Assembly: GCA_030390025.1 (NCBI GenBank)
Contig: CM059432.1
Location: 140,370,001 to 140,434,000, forward strand
Length of the DNA: 64,000 nucleotides
Direction: 5' to 3'
Origin: Squalus acanthias
Taxonomy: Eukaryota
Shown here: positions 50,654 through 63,204 of the stretch, piece after piece
How positions within the stretch are numbered: position 1 is the first letter of the stretch
Layout: every line of letters begins with the position of its first letter
The notes under the pieces: model-generated
Seen by the model: the letters and a program-made list of their open reading frames with translations, nothing else
Told to the model about the DNA's origin: nothing
The model's database searches: none
Position numbers and translations under genes: made by a program

Positions 50654-51142
50654 GGCTGTGTGAAGGAGTTTTGGGTACTGAGCAGTACCTTGCAGGTTCA
50701 TTTTGATTTGATCTTCCTTGCATCGATTTAGAAGCGACTGTGGGGGCTGCACTCTGAGCTCTTTCCCTGGGCTTCTCCATTGTTCTTTCCAGCAGATTTG
50801 ATGTACAGGTCTCTCCAGGCCGAGATTCAAGGCTGCAATGAGCAGGGTGTGGATGGAGAGCAAGATCGACCCCTCCCCTTTAAGAACTGGCCGGCGCCAG
50901 TGTGTCTGTGTTCCATTGCTGACTGACATCACATGAGCTTCGCCAGCGCTCTGAGGTAGCACCTCGCTCCTCGGCGTTAGCGCCTTAAGAGAGGTGTGTA
51001 GTACCTGATTTAGCACTCCAATCACCTCCAGGGGCGATAGAGGCCAAGTTTGCAGTCGGAGGCGATAATTAGCGCCAGGCGCTAAACTTTGCGCACGGCA
51101 GATAATTGCGCCCCAAACGGGGCGATACCGAATTTCTCCCCC
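50654..51142. mobile_element. Harbinger family B MITE, right half only
   Basis: Collinear with 40660-41143, ends GAATTTCTCCCCC. Confidence 0.88.
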
Positions 51143-52059
51143 AATGGGCCTAACACCTATTTCAAGCAAGGGTAAAAGAGGCATATTTTTTGTCCTTACC
51201 CAATATGGCAGGCAGCGCATTTCCAGGTGAAAATGTGTGCCCGCTTCCTGCCCGCCCATAGTAGCACCTTGTCTTCTTTTTGAGCTCCTGTTTGTTCTGA
51301 TGTGGTAATTCCATCGTTACAATCTCTCATTGCACTTGAGCTCTCACTTTATCTCTTTATCTCCCTCGCTATCTCATTTCAGTTCTCATAGTTTTACTGG
51401 TCTCCCTTAAATGGTCATTTGGACAAACGCAAAATCGTTGACTAAAAATAAGTGATTTCAGGTATGTTGAAATCAGTGTGCACTTTTCTATCAAATCTGT
51501 CAACAGCAGATGGTGCAATAGTAAAATGAAGTGATCAAGAGCTGTATATTTTAGCTTAATGTTGACTTGTCTCTTTAATCTACATTTCATCTACAGCTAG
51601 TACAACACTATCTAGTTTCGTGATATGAAACATTTCTTACTTAATACATGATTTGACAATGCAACATCATTAGTATTTGGTCATTGGGGACACCGAAACA
51701 AATATATGTGCAGTATATAAATTACAGGATATCTAATTAAGTCTAAAGAGTTGTAAGTAACAGGTTCTTGCCTAAAGGAGCCTTTCAAAGCTTCCGAAGT
51801 TTGCTAAGGCAGAACAATAGAGGCAATTACATTGATCACTGTGATTAATGAGGAATGTTGGATTTGAGTCTTCATTATTCTACCATAGCCAATGTTTCAA
51901 ATTGTTGTGTGACTAAGCATTGATTATTGCCAGGTTAGGAGCTGGTCAGACATTAGGAAGCGAATTGTGCAAGCATTATCCACAAACAATGAATTCCCGT
52001 ACTTAGCTTGAAATATTGGGACATAAAAGACTCCTACAGCACAGAATATTGCACGGTAT

Positions 52060-52413
52060 TAGCCATGGCTCAGTGGGTAGCACTCTTATCATAGAATCAT
52101 AGACTCATAGAATCATAGAAATTTATGGCCCAGAAGGAGGCCATTCGGCCCATCGTTTCTGTATCTCTAAGTCAGAAGGTTGTGGGTTCAAGTGCCGCTC
52201 CAGGGACTTGAGCACAAAATCTAGGGTGACACTCCAGTGGTGTACTGTCGGAGTTGCCCTCTCAGGTGGACATAAAAGATCTCATGGCACTATTTCGAAG
52301 AAGAGCAGAGGAGTTCTCCCCATGTCCTCGACAATATTTATCATATTATTTCCGGGACCTTGCTGTGCGCAAATTGGCTATTTGCGTTTCCTACATTACA
52401 ATAGTGACTACAC
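52060..52413 (+). mobile_element. Degenerate DeuSINE-like SINE with CR1 tail insert (52088-52165, -)
   Basis: Head interrupted by (ATCATAGA)n. Confidence 0.75.
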
Positions 52414-52964
52414 TGGCCGTGAACTTATCCCATTGTTAGGGGAAGGTGTTTTTCCATGATTGGCAAGCAGCTGACTGCTCATGTATGGGTCTCTGTCCAT
52501 TCACTGCACTCTATATTATACACAATCGCAGGTTCCAGGAATGAATGGCATCACAGAACAATTAAAACGTAGGTTTGCCGTTGGGATAAGACTAGCTGTT
52601 TCAGTAACGTAGATGCAAGATGGAAGCAAGCCTCTGCCTTTCTCTCCCCTCCCTCCCTGTTTGCTCTTCAGATCCCCTTGTTAATAATGCACCTACAGAG
52701 ACTGGCTCCCAACAGAGAGATAAAAGTTGAAGAGCAGCGCTCAAAGGTCACTCTCCAGGGACAGGATCTGAATTACATGCATGTATACATCATGCAGGGT
52801 TAGGCGCTCAAGGCTGTTGAGTGGATGTAATATCTGGCAGTGACTCTTCATGAATCATTGAAAATCCATCTCCAGTGATGTGAAGCTGTTCTAAAAGTGA
52901 ATAATGCATTCACATGTATAGATAGGACAATTAAATATAAAAGTGGAAGAACAATCTTTTTAGT

Positions 52965-53432
52965 GTCGGCCGTGACTCGGTGGGTAGCACTCTTGCCTCA
53001 GAATCAGAAGGTTGTGGGTTCAAGTCCCACTCCAGAGACTTGAGCACAAAATCCAGGCTGAGACTCCAGTGCAGTGCTGATGGAGAGCTGTACTGTCAGA
53101 GGTGCTGTCTTTAGAATGAGACGTTAAGCTGAGTCCCCATCTGCCCTCTCAGGTAGATGTAAAAGATCCCATGGCACTATTTTGAAGAAAAGCAGGAGAG
53201 TTCTCCCCGGTGTCTTGGCCAATATTTATCCCTCAACTAAAAATAAACGGATTATCTGGTCATTATCACATTGCGGTTTGTGGGAGCTTGCTGTGCACAA
53301 ATTGGCTGCCGCGTTTCCTATATTACAACAGTGACTACACTTCAAAAAGTACTTCATTGGCTATAAAGAGCTTTGGGACATCCAGAGGTTGTGAAAGGCG
53401 CTGTATAAATGCAGGTTCCTTCTTTCTTTCCT
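52965..53432 (+). mobile_element. DeuSINE-like SINE, full length
   Basis: Head to tail. Confidence 0.9.
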
Positions 53433-53836
53433 TATAAAAATCCTTTGTCCAGCTCCATCTAGAATACTGTGCTCAGTTTTGGTCCCCTCACATGGTGGTG
53501 GTGGGGTGGGGGTGGGGTGGGGAGGGGGAGCGATTGAGGTCCCTTAGAAAAGGTTCAAAGGAGGATAACTCATCTGATACCTAGTTTACAGAACCTCGGC
53601 TGTCAGGACTGGCTTAGAGAGCTGGGCCATTGTTTTACTTCAGAAAAGTGTCGGTTTTGAGAGGGATACAATTAAGGTCGTTACAAAAAGGGATTGGATT
53701 CTGTCCACGTGGATAGGCTATGTGGGGAGCCAGCGCACAGGTGCTGCAACTTTCCCAAGAGGAAGTGAGGTCTCCCCGCAATGTAGACCTAAACTACAGA
53801 AGTACCAGATGTAAAAGAGACTGTGTGATTCTATTT

Positions 53837-54529
53837 CTTCTTCTCTTCTTAGGCAGTCCCTCGGAACCGAGGATGACTTGCTTCCACATTAAAAATGAGT
53901 TCTCAGGTGACTGATGAGTCCAATGCGGGACCTACAGTCTCTGTCACAAGTGGGGCAGACGGTGGTTGAAGGGGCGGGTGGGTGGGGTGCTTGGGTTGAT
54001 GTGCGCTCCTTCCGCTGTTTGCGCTTGGCTTCCGCTTGCTCCCGGCGAAGAGACTCGAGGTGTTCGGCGCCTTCCCGGATGCTTCTCCTCTACTTTGTGC
54101 GGTCTTGGGCCAGGGATTCCCAGGTGTCGGTGGGGATGTTGCACTTTTTCAAGGAGGCTTTGAGGGTGTCCTTGAAGCATTTCCTCTGCCCACCTGGGGC
54201 TCTCTTGCCGTGTCGGAGCTCCGAGCAGAGCGCTTGTATTGGGAGTCTCGTATCGGGCATGCGGACGATGTGGCCCGTCCATCGGAACTGATCGAGCGTG
54301 GTCAAAGCTTCGATGCTGGGGATGTTGGCCTGAGCGAGAACACTGACATTCCTCAAACTCGGCACTAAGCTCATGGTCTACAGAGCAGCAGTGATGCCCG
54401 CTCTGCTGTATGCCTCAGAGACATGGACCACATACAGCAGGCACCTCAAAGCACTGGAGAGGTACCACCAACGCTGCCTCCGCAAGATCCTGCAAATCCA
54501 TTGGCAGGATAGGCGCACCAACGTCAGTG
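53837..54529 (-). mobile_element. RTE LINE with 5' inversion
   Basis: - strand segment 53837-54350, + strand segment 54351-54529 (TKLMVYRAAV..YASETWT..IHWQDRRTNVS); TSD GTGATT(C/G)TATTT. Confidence 0.88.
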
Positions 54530-54941
54530 ATTGTATTTAAATACATTAAAAATGCAGATTTGAAGCACAAAGTAAATGAACTTTTGAGCGATGTCTAACA
54601 CCTGGCAATGGCTTGATTGTATCTGATTAGTATTGGGTAGATCTGTATCTGTCGAATGTCAGATGGTCCAGGTTCTGTCACTGTTTAAACTCTGGCCATA
54701 TCCTTACTTTTCTGATTTCTGCATAAAAGTAACCTTTGGAACAAAACAGGGTTTTTGGCAGGTCATTAATACAAGAAAGGGCCAATAGATGATCTAGTGC
54801 AGAACTTTCCTCCCCTTCCCGTAGAATGCCAGTGTCAATCATTAAAAGCAGCTCTTTGATGTTGCTCCATAAAGTAAGATTAAAGTTAGGTCACCACGTT
54901 ATTCGCTAAGACAATTTTGTGCAGCTTATTGTAAATACGAA

Positions 54942-55132
54942 CAAAAAGCAAAATATTGCTGATGCTGGAAATCTGAAACAACAGCAGGACAAGCAACATC
55001 TGTGGACAGTGAGCAGACAAGTTAACATTGCAGGTATGCACCATCAGTTCTGATATAGGGTCAGTACTTGAAATGTTAATTTGCCGCAGATCCTGCCTGA
55101 CCTGCTGAGTGTTTCCAGCATTTTCTATATTT
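54942..55132. mobile_element. Old, degenerate inverted Penelope family B-like pseudo-LTR pair
   Basis: AGCAAAATATTGCTGATGCTGGAAATCTG at left, inverted CCTGCTGAGTGTTTCCAGCATTTTC at right; decayed hammerhead AGTTCTGATATAGGGTC..TTGAAATGTTAA. Confidence 0.6.
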
Positions 55133-55200
55133 ATTACTAAGTATGGCACAGTTGACTATATCGTGAGTCTTTTTCAGATACAGTATATGATACTACATGA

Positions 55201-55437
55201 GAAAGAGAAGACTTGCATTTATATCACGCCTTTTACAACCTCAGGACCATTCAAAGTGCTTTACAACCACTGAAATACTTTTTGAAGTGTAGTCACTGCT
55301 GTAATGTGGGAAACGCGGCAGCCAATTTGTGCACAGCAAGATCCCACAAAACGCAACGTGATAATGACCAGATTTTTTTTTTTTGTGATGTTAGTTGAGG
55401 GATAAATATCGGGCAGGACACTGGGGAGAATTCCCAC
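55201..55437 (-). mobile_element. DeuSINE-like 3' half
   Basis: Tail and body. Confidence 0.8.
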
Positions 55438-55527
55438 ACATGAATTTTTCTGTCTGCCCCCCTCAGGTGCACGTAAAAGATCCCGTGGCAATGTTTTCCA
55501 GGGAAGTTCTCATAGTGCTGCAATATT

Positions 55528-56290
55528 GGGCCAGAAATTCGGCACTTGCCGGGTGAGTACGCGCTGTGTACTCACCCGTAAGGCCTCCTGAAGTGCCGGT
55601 TTCCTGCATGCACTGCGCATGCGCGGGAAACCAGAACTTCTGGTTTCGTGAAGGGAGCGGTTCAGAGGTGAACCGCGTGCACGGGAGAGGCTGCGCGCAC
55701 GCAGCGAACTTAGGTTTTTTTTCAGGTTTCTCCGGGAGGGTAAGTATTGAAGAGGCTGCGCTTTTAAAAAGGAGGCGCAAGACCCGTTTTTAACAAGGTA
55801 AGTGGTTAATTAATTACAATTTAAAAAAATTTTCAACAGGTTTATCTTTTTTAGATACTTTAAAGAAAGGTAAGTTTATTTTTAGCACAGTTAAAAAGTA
55901 TTTTAATTTTGTCAAAAATTTAAATTTTTGTTTAAAGTAGTTAATTTATTTAACTTATAGTTACTTAAAAAATGTGATGGTTTTTAAAAAATTTATTTGA
56001 AGTTTAGGTGTTGTTTTGGGGCCGATTTCAATTCATAGATTTGACAGGTCTTCCTGTCAAATCTATGAATGAAAGATGGTCTGCTGCCATTGGCTCTCCA
56101 TGGCCCACGTGATCCCAGGGGACGCATCGCACTAACTACGCCCCTGGGATACACAAGCACTGCGCGCCGGCAGCTGCAGGAGGCCCAGGAGCTGAAGTCC
56201 CCGTGGGCCCAGAGGTCAACGGCAGGCGCGAGGTAGGTGCGCACGTGATCATTGCACCCGCGGGAAGCCAGGGAGCCGAATTTCGGGGCC
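55528..56290. mobile_element. Non-autonomous Harbinger-like element
   Basis: 16-bp TIRs GGGCCAGAAATTCGGC / GCCGAATTTCGGGGCC, 3-bp TSD ATT; GC-rich arms, AT-rich core. Confidence 0.82.
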
Positions 56291-56645
56291 ATTGTGTGCA
56301 AATTGACTGCTGCGTTTCCTACATTACAACAGTGAATACACTGCCAAAGTACTTCATTGGCTGTAAAGCATTTTGTGATGTCCTTGACATCATGAAAGAT
56401 GCTATATAAATGCAAGTGCTTTCTTTCTTTCATACCAAAACCCTGGTCTTGTTCTGCAATTTGTGAGCAATGGCTTGGAAGATAAATATTTGTTTCAGTA
56501 AAATGTCTAAGCAAGTCAATCAGCACGGTCGTCAAAGAAATGGTTCCCATATTTTGAGGCTCCCCATAGACGGGACTGACAGAAGCATTGACCACGGCTC
56601 TCCATGGATCTCTCTTTGATGTCCCGTCTGCTATTTCCTTTAAAT

Positions 56646-57045
56646 CAGAGGTTTCAACACTACTTATTGCGTACCCCCTTTCCAGATCTACCAGCTGCCC
56701 GCGGACCCCGAGCAGCGTACAGGTTTTAGACTGGACAGTTAGTTGCTGGGCAACTGAAATCAGATTGTAGTGCACCATGATTGGAGGTGAGGGCTCTGTA
56801 CGTCATTGTCTCTGTGTAGCTGTGTTCTCATTGGTACATTTCGAAGTAAGTCAGCTACTTTATATAACAATTTCCCAAGAGTTTTAAAGCTTTGTCTGAG
56901 TAGCCTGTTATAAAAAAAATGCAATAAATAAAATAATAACATAATTAATAAATAAAATCCTCCATTAGACAATTTCCCCTGTGTACCCCCCAGAGATGTC
57001 TCGCGTAGCCCCAGGGGTACGCTTACCACAGTTTGGGAACCCCTG
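56646..57045. mobile_element. hAT (Charlie-like) MITE
   Basis: TIRs CAGAGGTTTCAACACT / AGTTTGGGAACCCCTG; perfect 8-bp TSD CTTTAAAT; GCGTACCCC-like subterminal motifs. Confidence 0.82.
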
Positions 57046-58670
57046 CTTTAAATCTTCACTCCTAACCTGAGCTTCTTGTTTTACACTATCTGTAAATCTT
57101 GCATGCCTTTCTCATTATCTGCTCCCTGTCCGCTTACCCCTGCAAGACGCGTATTGATTTTTATTGCTCGGTTGTAAATGTTTTTTGTGCGTCGAAACCA
57201 ATAGAAGGTAACGTTTCCGAAAAGATTTGGAAAATGCTCACACTCTTTCATAACCGCTCTTGTGCCAAAAGTATTCCAGTACAGATTTAAACCTTGGACT
57301 GTAAACCGGGAAGTGAGTGTCTCCATGGGTCAGATGGCTTTGCAGGTTCTCTGCTCATCCACTGTGACATTGAGAATAAACACTAATGTCACAGTAACAA
57401 AGTTATTCCAATGTCAGTTGCTTTACTGCTGTAATGTTAACCCATATGCATTAAAACTAACTGTTACGGTGTATAATTGTATTCTGTACCATACTTTTCC
57501 TATCGCCTAAATGTAGTTGTATTTTGTGTCGCATTTGCTGAATTTAATTTCATTACTTCAAGCTGGTTGTGAACTGTAAAGATCCACGGAACTAATGACA
57601 AGAATCCACAAAACTGGTAAACCTAATGAAACTCAAAGCTTGTTCGAAACAACTTTGAGAGGAAAAACTAATTAATTCTGAATTCAATTAAAAAAAAGAA
57701 CCTTGAGAAAAGCTAACGAGGATGAGGGATGAATCACTCGCGAATGTCTGAGTTGAGCTGAGTCCTACTGTTGAAAATGTGATAATTACAATCCATGCGT
57801 CTGGTCTGAGGAAGAACAGATAAGGCTCTCTAGGTTGGCAGAACTTTGTAATAAACAAACGGAACATAAATGGGGTCAATTATCCGATGTGTGAGCAGCC
57901 AGGCTCAGACTCCCTGACGGAAGGAACATCCAACGACCGCATCCGAGTCTGAGGGGAGAGGCCACCAGAGGAAGATGAAAGAAGACTCCACTTCCAATTA
58001 AACCAGCGCTATCAATCCCTTTTCTAAAACTTTCCAGATAGCGGGTTAACAAAGAGACCATCCCGCAACAAAGACAGAAGAAACAAACTTCACTTCCAAA
58101 TTAAACCGTTACTATTTTGTGTCTGTTTATTAACTTATGTAACAAATGTACCGATCAAATAGTTTGTGAGCGAAAAAGCACTGGATATATAAAGGAAAAG
58201 GAAAATTCCTCTATGTTTCTGCCTTCTCAGTACCGAGGATTTCTAAACCTTTAAGGACAGCTGGTCTATGCTGGGTTAATATTAGTTAAGTAACATCCTC
58301 CTATTGTAACAGATTTAGAGATAGTACGTGACATAAAACGTAAAACATTATTTTAATTTTAAAAATGTAAACATTTTAATTCTACTTGCCCTGTAATCTC
58401 TATGGTTCCCACATTTTGTTCCTGCTCTTTTTCTTTAACTCTAGTTTTTTTTAATCTAATCTAATTTTTCTTCTCTTCATTCCCTCCCTGTAATTATCTC
58501 CACTCCTCTCCTAAAGGTATTGACTCATATTGGGGTACAATTCCACGGATGCCACCTGCCCCCTCCAATACCTTTTCCAAGTGACCATTCTTCATGTGTG
58601 TGCCCAGACAGGTTGCCCACAATTTTGCCGTGCTCAGCAATTCTGGGGATGTGTCCTTCAATGAGGCCGT

Positions 58671-59244
58671 GTCAGCCGTGGCTCAGTGGGTAGCACTCTC
58701 TTGCACTGAGTCAGAAGGTTGTGGGTTCAAGACCCACTCCAGAGACTTGAGCAGAAAAATCTAGGCTAACACTTTTGGATGAGATGTTAAACCGAGGCCC
58801 CGTCTGCTCTCTCAGGTGGACGTAAAAGATCCTATGGCACTATTTCGAAGAAGAGCAGGGGGAGTTATCCCCGGTGTCCTTGACAATACTTATCCCTCAA
58901 TGAACATAACAAAAACAGATTATCTGGTCATTATCACATTGTTGTTTGTGGGAGCTTGCTGAGCGCAAATTGGCTGCCGCGTTTCCTACATTACAACAGT
59001 GACTATACATCAGAAAGTACTTAATTGGCTGTAAAGCACTTTGGGACATCCGGTGGTCATGAAAGGCGCTATATAAAAGCAAGTCTTTCTTTCTTGCTGT
59101 TTGTGGGAGCTTGCTGTGCACAAATTGGCTGCTGTGTTTCCTACATGACAACAGAGACTTCACTTCAAAAAGTCCTTCATTGGCTGTAAAGTGCTTTGGG
59201 ACATCCTGAGGTTGTGAAAGGCGCTAGTCTTTCTTTTCTTTTTT
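58671..59244 (+). mobile_element. DeuSINE-like SINE with tandemly repeated 3' tail (59094-59244)
   Basis: Head to tail, then the last ~150 bp again. Confidence 0.88.
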
Positions 59245-59570
59245 TGTGCCAGTAACAAGGAGGGTTGACCTCACCAGAGTTAGACAAGCTCATCCACTGT
59301 CATGATTCCAATAGGTTCCTGTTCCTGGAAAATCAAATACAAGGGCGGGGGGTTGTCTGATCAGCTGGGGAAGGGGTAGGGGGGGGGGGGGTGAAAAATC
59401 TGGTGACGAGGCGCTTCTCACCTTTAATGAAGAAGTGAGACCAGCCCCTCACCTTTAAAGTGAGACCAGCCCCTCCTCACTGCTGGCACACATTCGCCTG
59501 CATCACTAGAGGGCACATCCCCAAATTTACTGACCATAGGCAAAAGCAGTGCCCACCAGAGGTATCGAAA

Positions 59571-60033
59571 GAAGAAAGACTTGCATTTATATAGCGCCTT
59601 TCACGACCTCAGGACGTCCCAAAGAGCTTTACAGCCAATGAAGTACTTTTTGAAGTCACTGTTGTAATGTAGGAAACGCAGTGGCCAATTTGCACACAGC
59701 AAGGTCCCACAAACAGCAATGTGATAATGACCAGATCAATTCTTTTTTAGTGATGTTAGTTGAGGGACAAACATTGGCCAGGACACTGGGGAGAACTCCC
59801 CTGCATTTCTTCAAATAGTGTCATGGGATCTCTTACGTCCACCTGAGAGGGCAGACGGGGCCTCGGTTTAACGTCTCATCTGAAAGTCAGCACCTCTGAC
59901 AGTGCAGCGCTCCTTCAGTACTGCACTGGGAGTGTCAGCCTAGATTTTGTGCTCAAGTCTCTGGAGTAGGACTTGGACCCACAACCTTCTGACTCAGAGG
60001 CGAGAGAGTGCTACCCACTGAGTCACGTCTGAC
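59571..60033 (-). mobile_element. DeuSINE-like SINE, full length
   Basis: Head to tail. Confidence 0.9.
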
Positions 60034-60065
60034 ACCCAAAAGTGGGAGAGGTGCTTGCATTCAAA

Positions 60066-60922
60066 AATGTCCAAAAGCAAACCCATGGAGAAAACTCCCC
60101 ATTTACTGAGGGTGCCCATGAAGATCTTGCTGCAGGAGGCATAGCAAAGACCCTCCGGTCAATGCAGAGGTCAAAGGTGCTTTGCTGAGGGTACTGGAGA
60201 AACAAGAAAGTGAGGAAGAAGCTTAGTGGTGCAAGAGGAGTATTAAAGTGAACATAACTGCCTTTGCTTATGTTATTTTTTTAGCCATTTTTCACAGGGC
60301 TCAGAGCAAATTCGTGATCTGCTCCACCCTCTCAGAGAGGTTGCGTGCAAAGTACGGAGACAATCTGTTTGCTACAAATAACTTTTCAATGGGACATACA
60401 AACTGCTTTCACTGTGACGCATAAATATTGAAACTACTGCCAACAGAACTGATATGCATGCTGAATATCAAGGAGGGATGTGAACAAGCCTCCCAATTGG
60501 GGAGAGATGTCCACATTTGAGGAGATCACCATATGTATTTTTGGCCAAGAGACCCTGAAAGGAGCTTGGGAGGAAGCGATGGGAGGGGTATTGCCATCAC
60601 CTGTAAAGCTTTGTTCTCAATATATTTCTCAATATATGGCATGGTTCACAGTATATTGCCATCTTCATTAATTTAGAAGGCAGTCCATCCTGAAACCCTT
60701 CTAACGCATCTTCTCTTTATATTCCTATAGGTCCTTTCCAAGTTGAGGTGGCAGCAGCTGATGCCAGCCAGGATTCAGTCGGTCCTGCCAGACACTCCAC
60801 TTGGTGCAAGCACTGTCGGAGATCCTAGAGCCTGGGGACCTTTAGATGGTGAGCTTGAAGAGGAAGCCCCCATCATAAGTGAGGAGGAGCATATGGAGGT
60901 GGCAGCCAAGCAACAACATGGG
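60066..60922 (+). pseudogene. Possible ancient Harbinger Myb/SANT gene relic
   Basis: PFTEGA-MKILLQE (frameshifted), PPNWGEMSTFEEITICIFG, acceptor TTCCTATAG at 60730 then acidic exon; layout parallels 16913-19744. Confidence 0.4.
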
Positions 60923-61515
60923 GATGGAATACAAAAGTAGGGAAGTCTTGCTACAACTGTACAGGGCATAGGTGAGACCACACCTGGAGTACTGCGTACA
61001 GTTTTGGTCACCTTATTTAAGGAGGGATATACTTGCATTGGAGGGTGTTCAGCGAAGGTTCACTAGGTTGATTCCTGAGATGAAATGGTTGTCTTATGAG
61101 GAAAGATTGAGCAGGTTGAGCCTATACTCATTGGAGTTGATCTTATTGAAGCATATAAGATTCTGAGGGGGCTTGACAGGGTAGATGCAGGGAGGATGTT
61201 TCCCCTCATGGGGGAATCTAGAACTAGGGGGCATAGTTTCAGGATAAGGGGTTGCCCATTTAAGATGGAATTTCTTCTCTCAGAGGGTCGTGAATCTTTG
61301 GAATTCTCTACCCCAGAGAGCTGTGGAGGCGGAGTCAGTGAATAAATTCAAGGCTGAGATAGACAGATATTTGGGCTACAGGGGAGTCAAGGGTTATGGG
61401 GAACAGGCAGGAAAGTGGAGTTGAGGCCAAGATCAGATCAACCATGATCTTATTGAATGGCGGAGCAGGCTCGATGGGCCGAATGGCCTACTCCTGCTCT
61501 TATTTCTTATGTTCT
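60920..61515 (+). mobile_element. CR1 3' fragment
   Basis: RPHLEYCVQFWSPYL; tail. Confidence 0.9.
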
Positions 61516-61517
61516 AA

Positions 61518-62013
61518 CATCAACAACAACTGCATTTATATAGCGCCTTTAACATAGTAAACGTCGCAAAGTGCTTTACAAAAGTGTTATCAAACAAAAA
61601 TTAACACTGAGCCTCCTAAGGAGATATTAGGACAGGTGACCAAAAGTTTGGTCAAAGAGGTAGGTTTTAAGGAGCATCTTAAAGGAGGAGAGAGAGAGGT
61701 AGAGAGGTGGAGAGATCTGTCTGCCTTCTCAGATGGACTTAAAAGATCCCCGGCACTATTTGAAGACGAGCAGGGGAGTTCTCCCTGGTTTCGTAGGCCA
61801 ATATTTATCCCTCAACCAACATAACTAAAACAGATTATCTGGTCATTTATTACATTGTTGCATGTGGGACTTTGCTGTGAACAAATTGGCTGCCTCATTT
61901 CCTACATTACAACAGTGACTACACTTCAGAAGTACTTCATTGGCTGTAAAACGCTTTGGGACGTCCTGAGGTCGTGAAAGGCGCTATAGAAATGCAAATT
62001 CTTTCTTTCTTTC
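61518..62013. mobile_element. L2 tail (-, 61518-61713) abutting DeuSINE 3' half (+, 61716-62013)
   Basis: Similarity to other copies. Confidence 0.8.
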
Positions 62014-62087
62014 CTTGGGATTATAATCTTAATTCAAATTCAAAACCAGACTGAGGTGGGCCAAAGAGGGACTTAAAAAATGGCATA

Positions 62088-62993
62088 AAACAACAACAAC
62101 AACTTGTATTTATATAGCGCCTTTAACATAGTAAAACGTCCCAAGGCGTTGCACAGGAGTATTAAAAGACAAAAATTTGAGACCGAGCCACTTAAGGAGA
62201 AATTAGGGCAGGTGACCAAAAGCTTGGTCAAAGAGGTAGGTTTTAAGGAGCATCTTAAAGGAGGAGAGAGAGGTAGCGAGGCGGAGAGGTTTAGGCAGGG
62301 AATTCCAGAGCTTAGGGCCCAGGCAACAGAAGGCACGGCCACCAAAGGTTGAGCGATTATAATCAGGGATGCTCAAGAGGGCAGAATTAGAGGAGAGCAG
62401 ATATCTCGGGGGGTTGTGGGGCTGAAGGAGATTACAGAGATAGGGAGGGGTGAGGCCATGGAGGGATTTGAAAACATGGATGAGAATTTTGAAATCGAGG
62501 CGTTGCTTAACCGGGAGCCAATGTAGGTCAGCGAGCACAGGGGTGATAGGTGAACGGGATGGTGCGAGTTAGGACATGGGCAGCCGAGTTTTGGATGACC
62601 TCAAGTTTACATAGGGTGGAATGTGGAAGGCCAGCCAGGAGTGCGTTGGAATAGTCAAGTCTAGAGGTAACAAAAGCATGGATGAGGGTTTCAGCAACGG
62701 ATGAGCTGAGGCAGGGGCGGAGACGGGCGATGTTACGGAGGTGGAAATAGGCCGTCTTAGTTATGCTACAGATATGTGGTCGGAAGCTCATTTCAGGGTC
62801 AAATATGACACCACTGTTGCGAACTGTGTGTTTCAGCCTCAGACAGATGTTAGGGAGAGGGATGGAGTCAGTGGCTAGGGAACGGAGTTTGTGGCGGGGA
62901 ACCAAAACAATGGTTTCGGACTTCCCAATATTTAATTGGAGGGAAATTTCTGCTCATCCAGTACTGGATGTCGGACAAACAATCTGACAATTT
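62088..62993 (-). mobile_element. L2 3' fragment
   Basis: ORFs 62528-62905 and 62203-62538 ([32 protein letters not shown]). Confidence 0.92.
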
Positions 62994-63204
62994 AAGGCAA
63001 ATTACTTCAATTATTCAACATTCAACCCATATATGGACATATTTACTTCAATTCTGCATTTTTCTCTCCCTCTGCTGTAAACTTTCCTAACTTCTACCTC
63101 TATCAGATGCTTGTTTACATGCTGCAGATTTAAATACAATGCCTCTGAATCCTTATTATTGTTTGATATATACTTGCATCATATTTTGCATCAAACTATC
63201 AACG

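Noticed and set aside
55993..56778. 261-aa ORF on the - strand as a host gene
   Set aside because: Runs across a hAT MITE, unique sequence, a SINE tail and a Harbinger-like MITE; chance open frame
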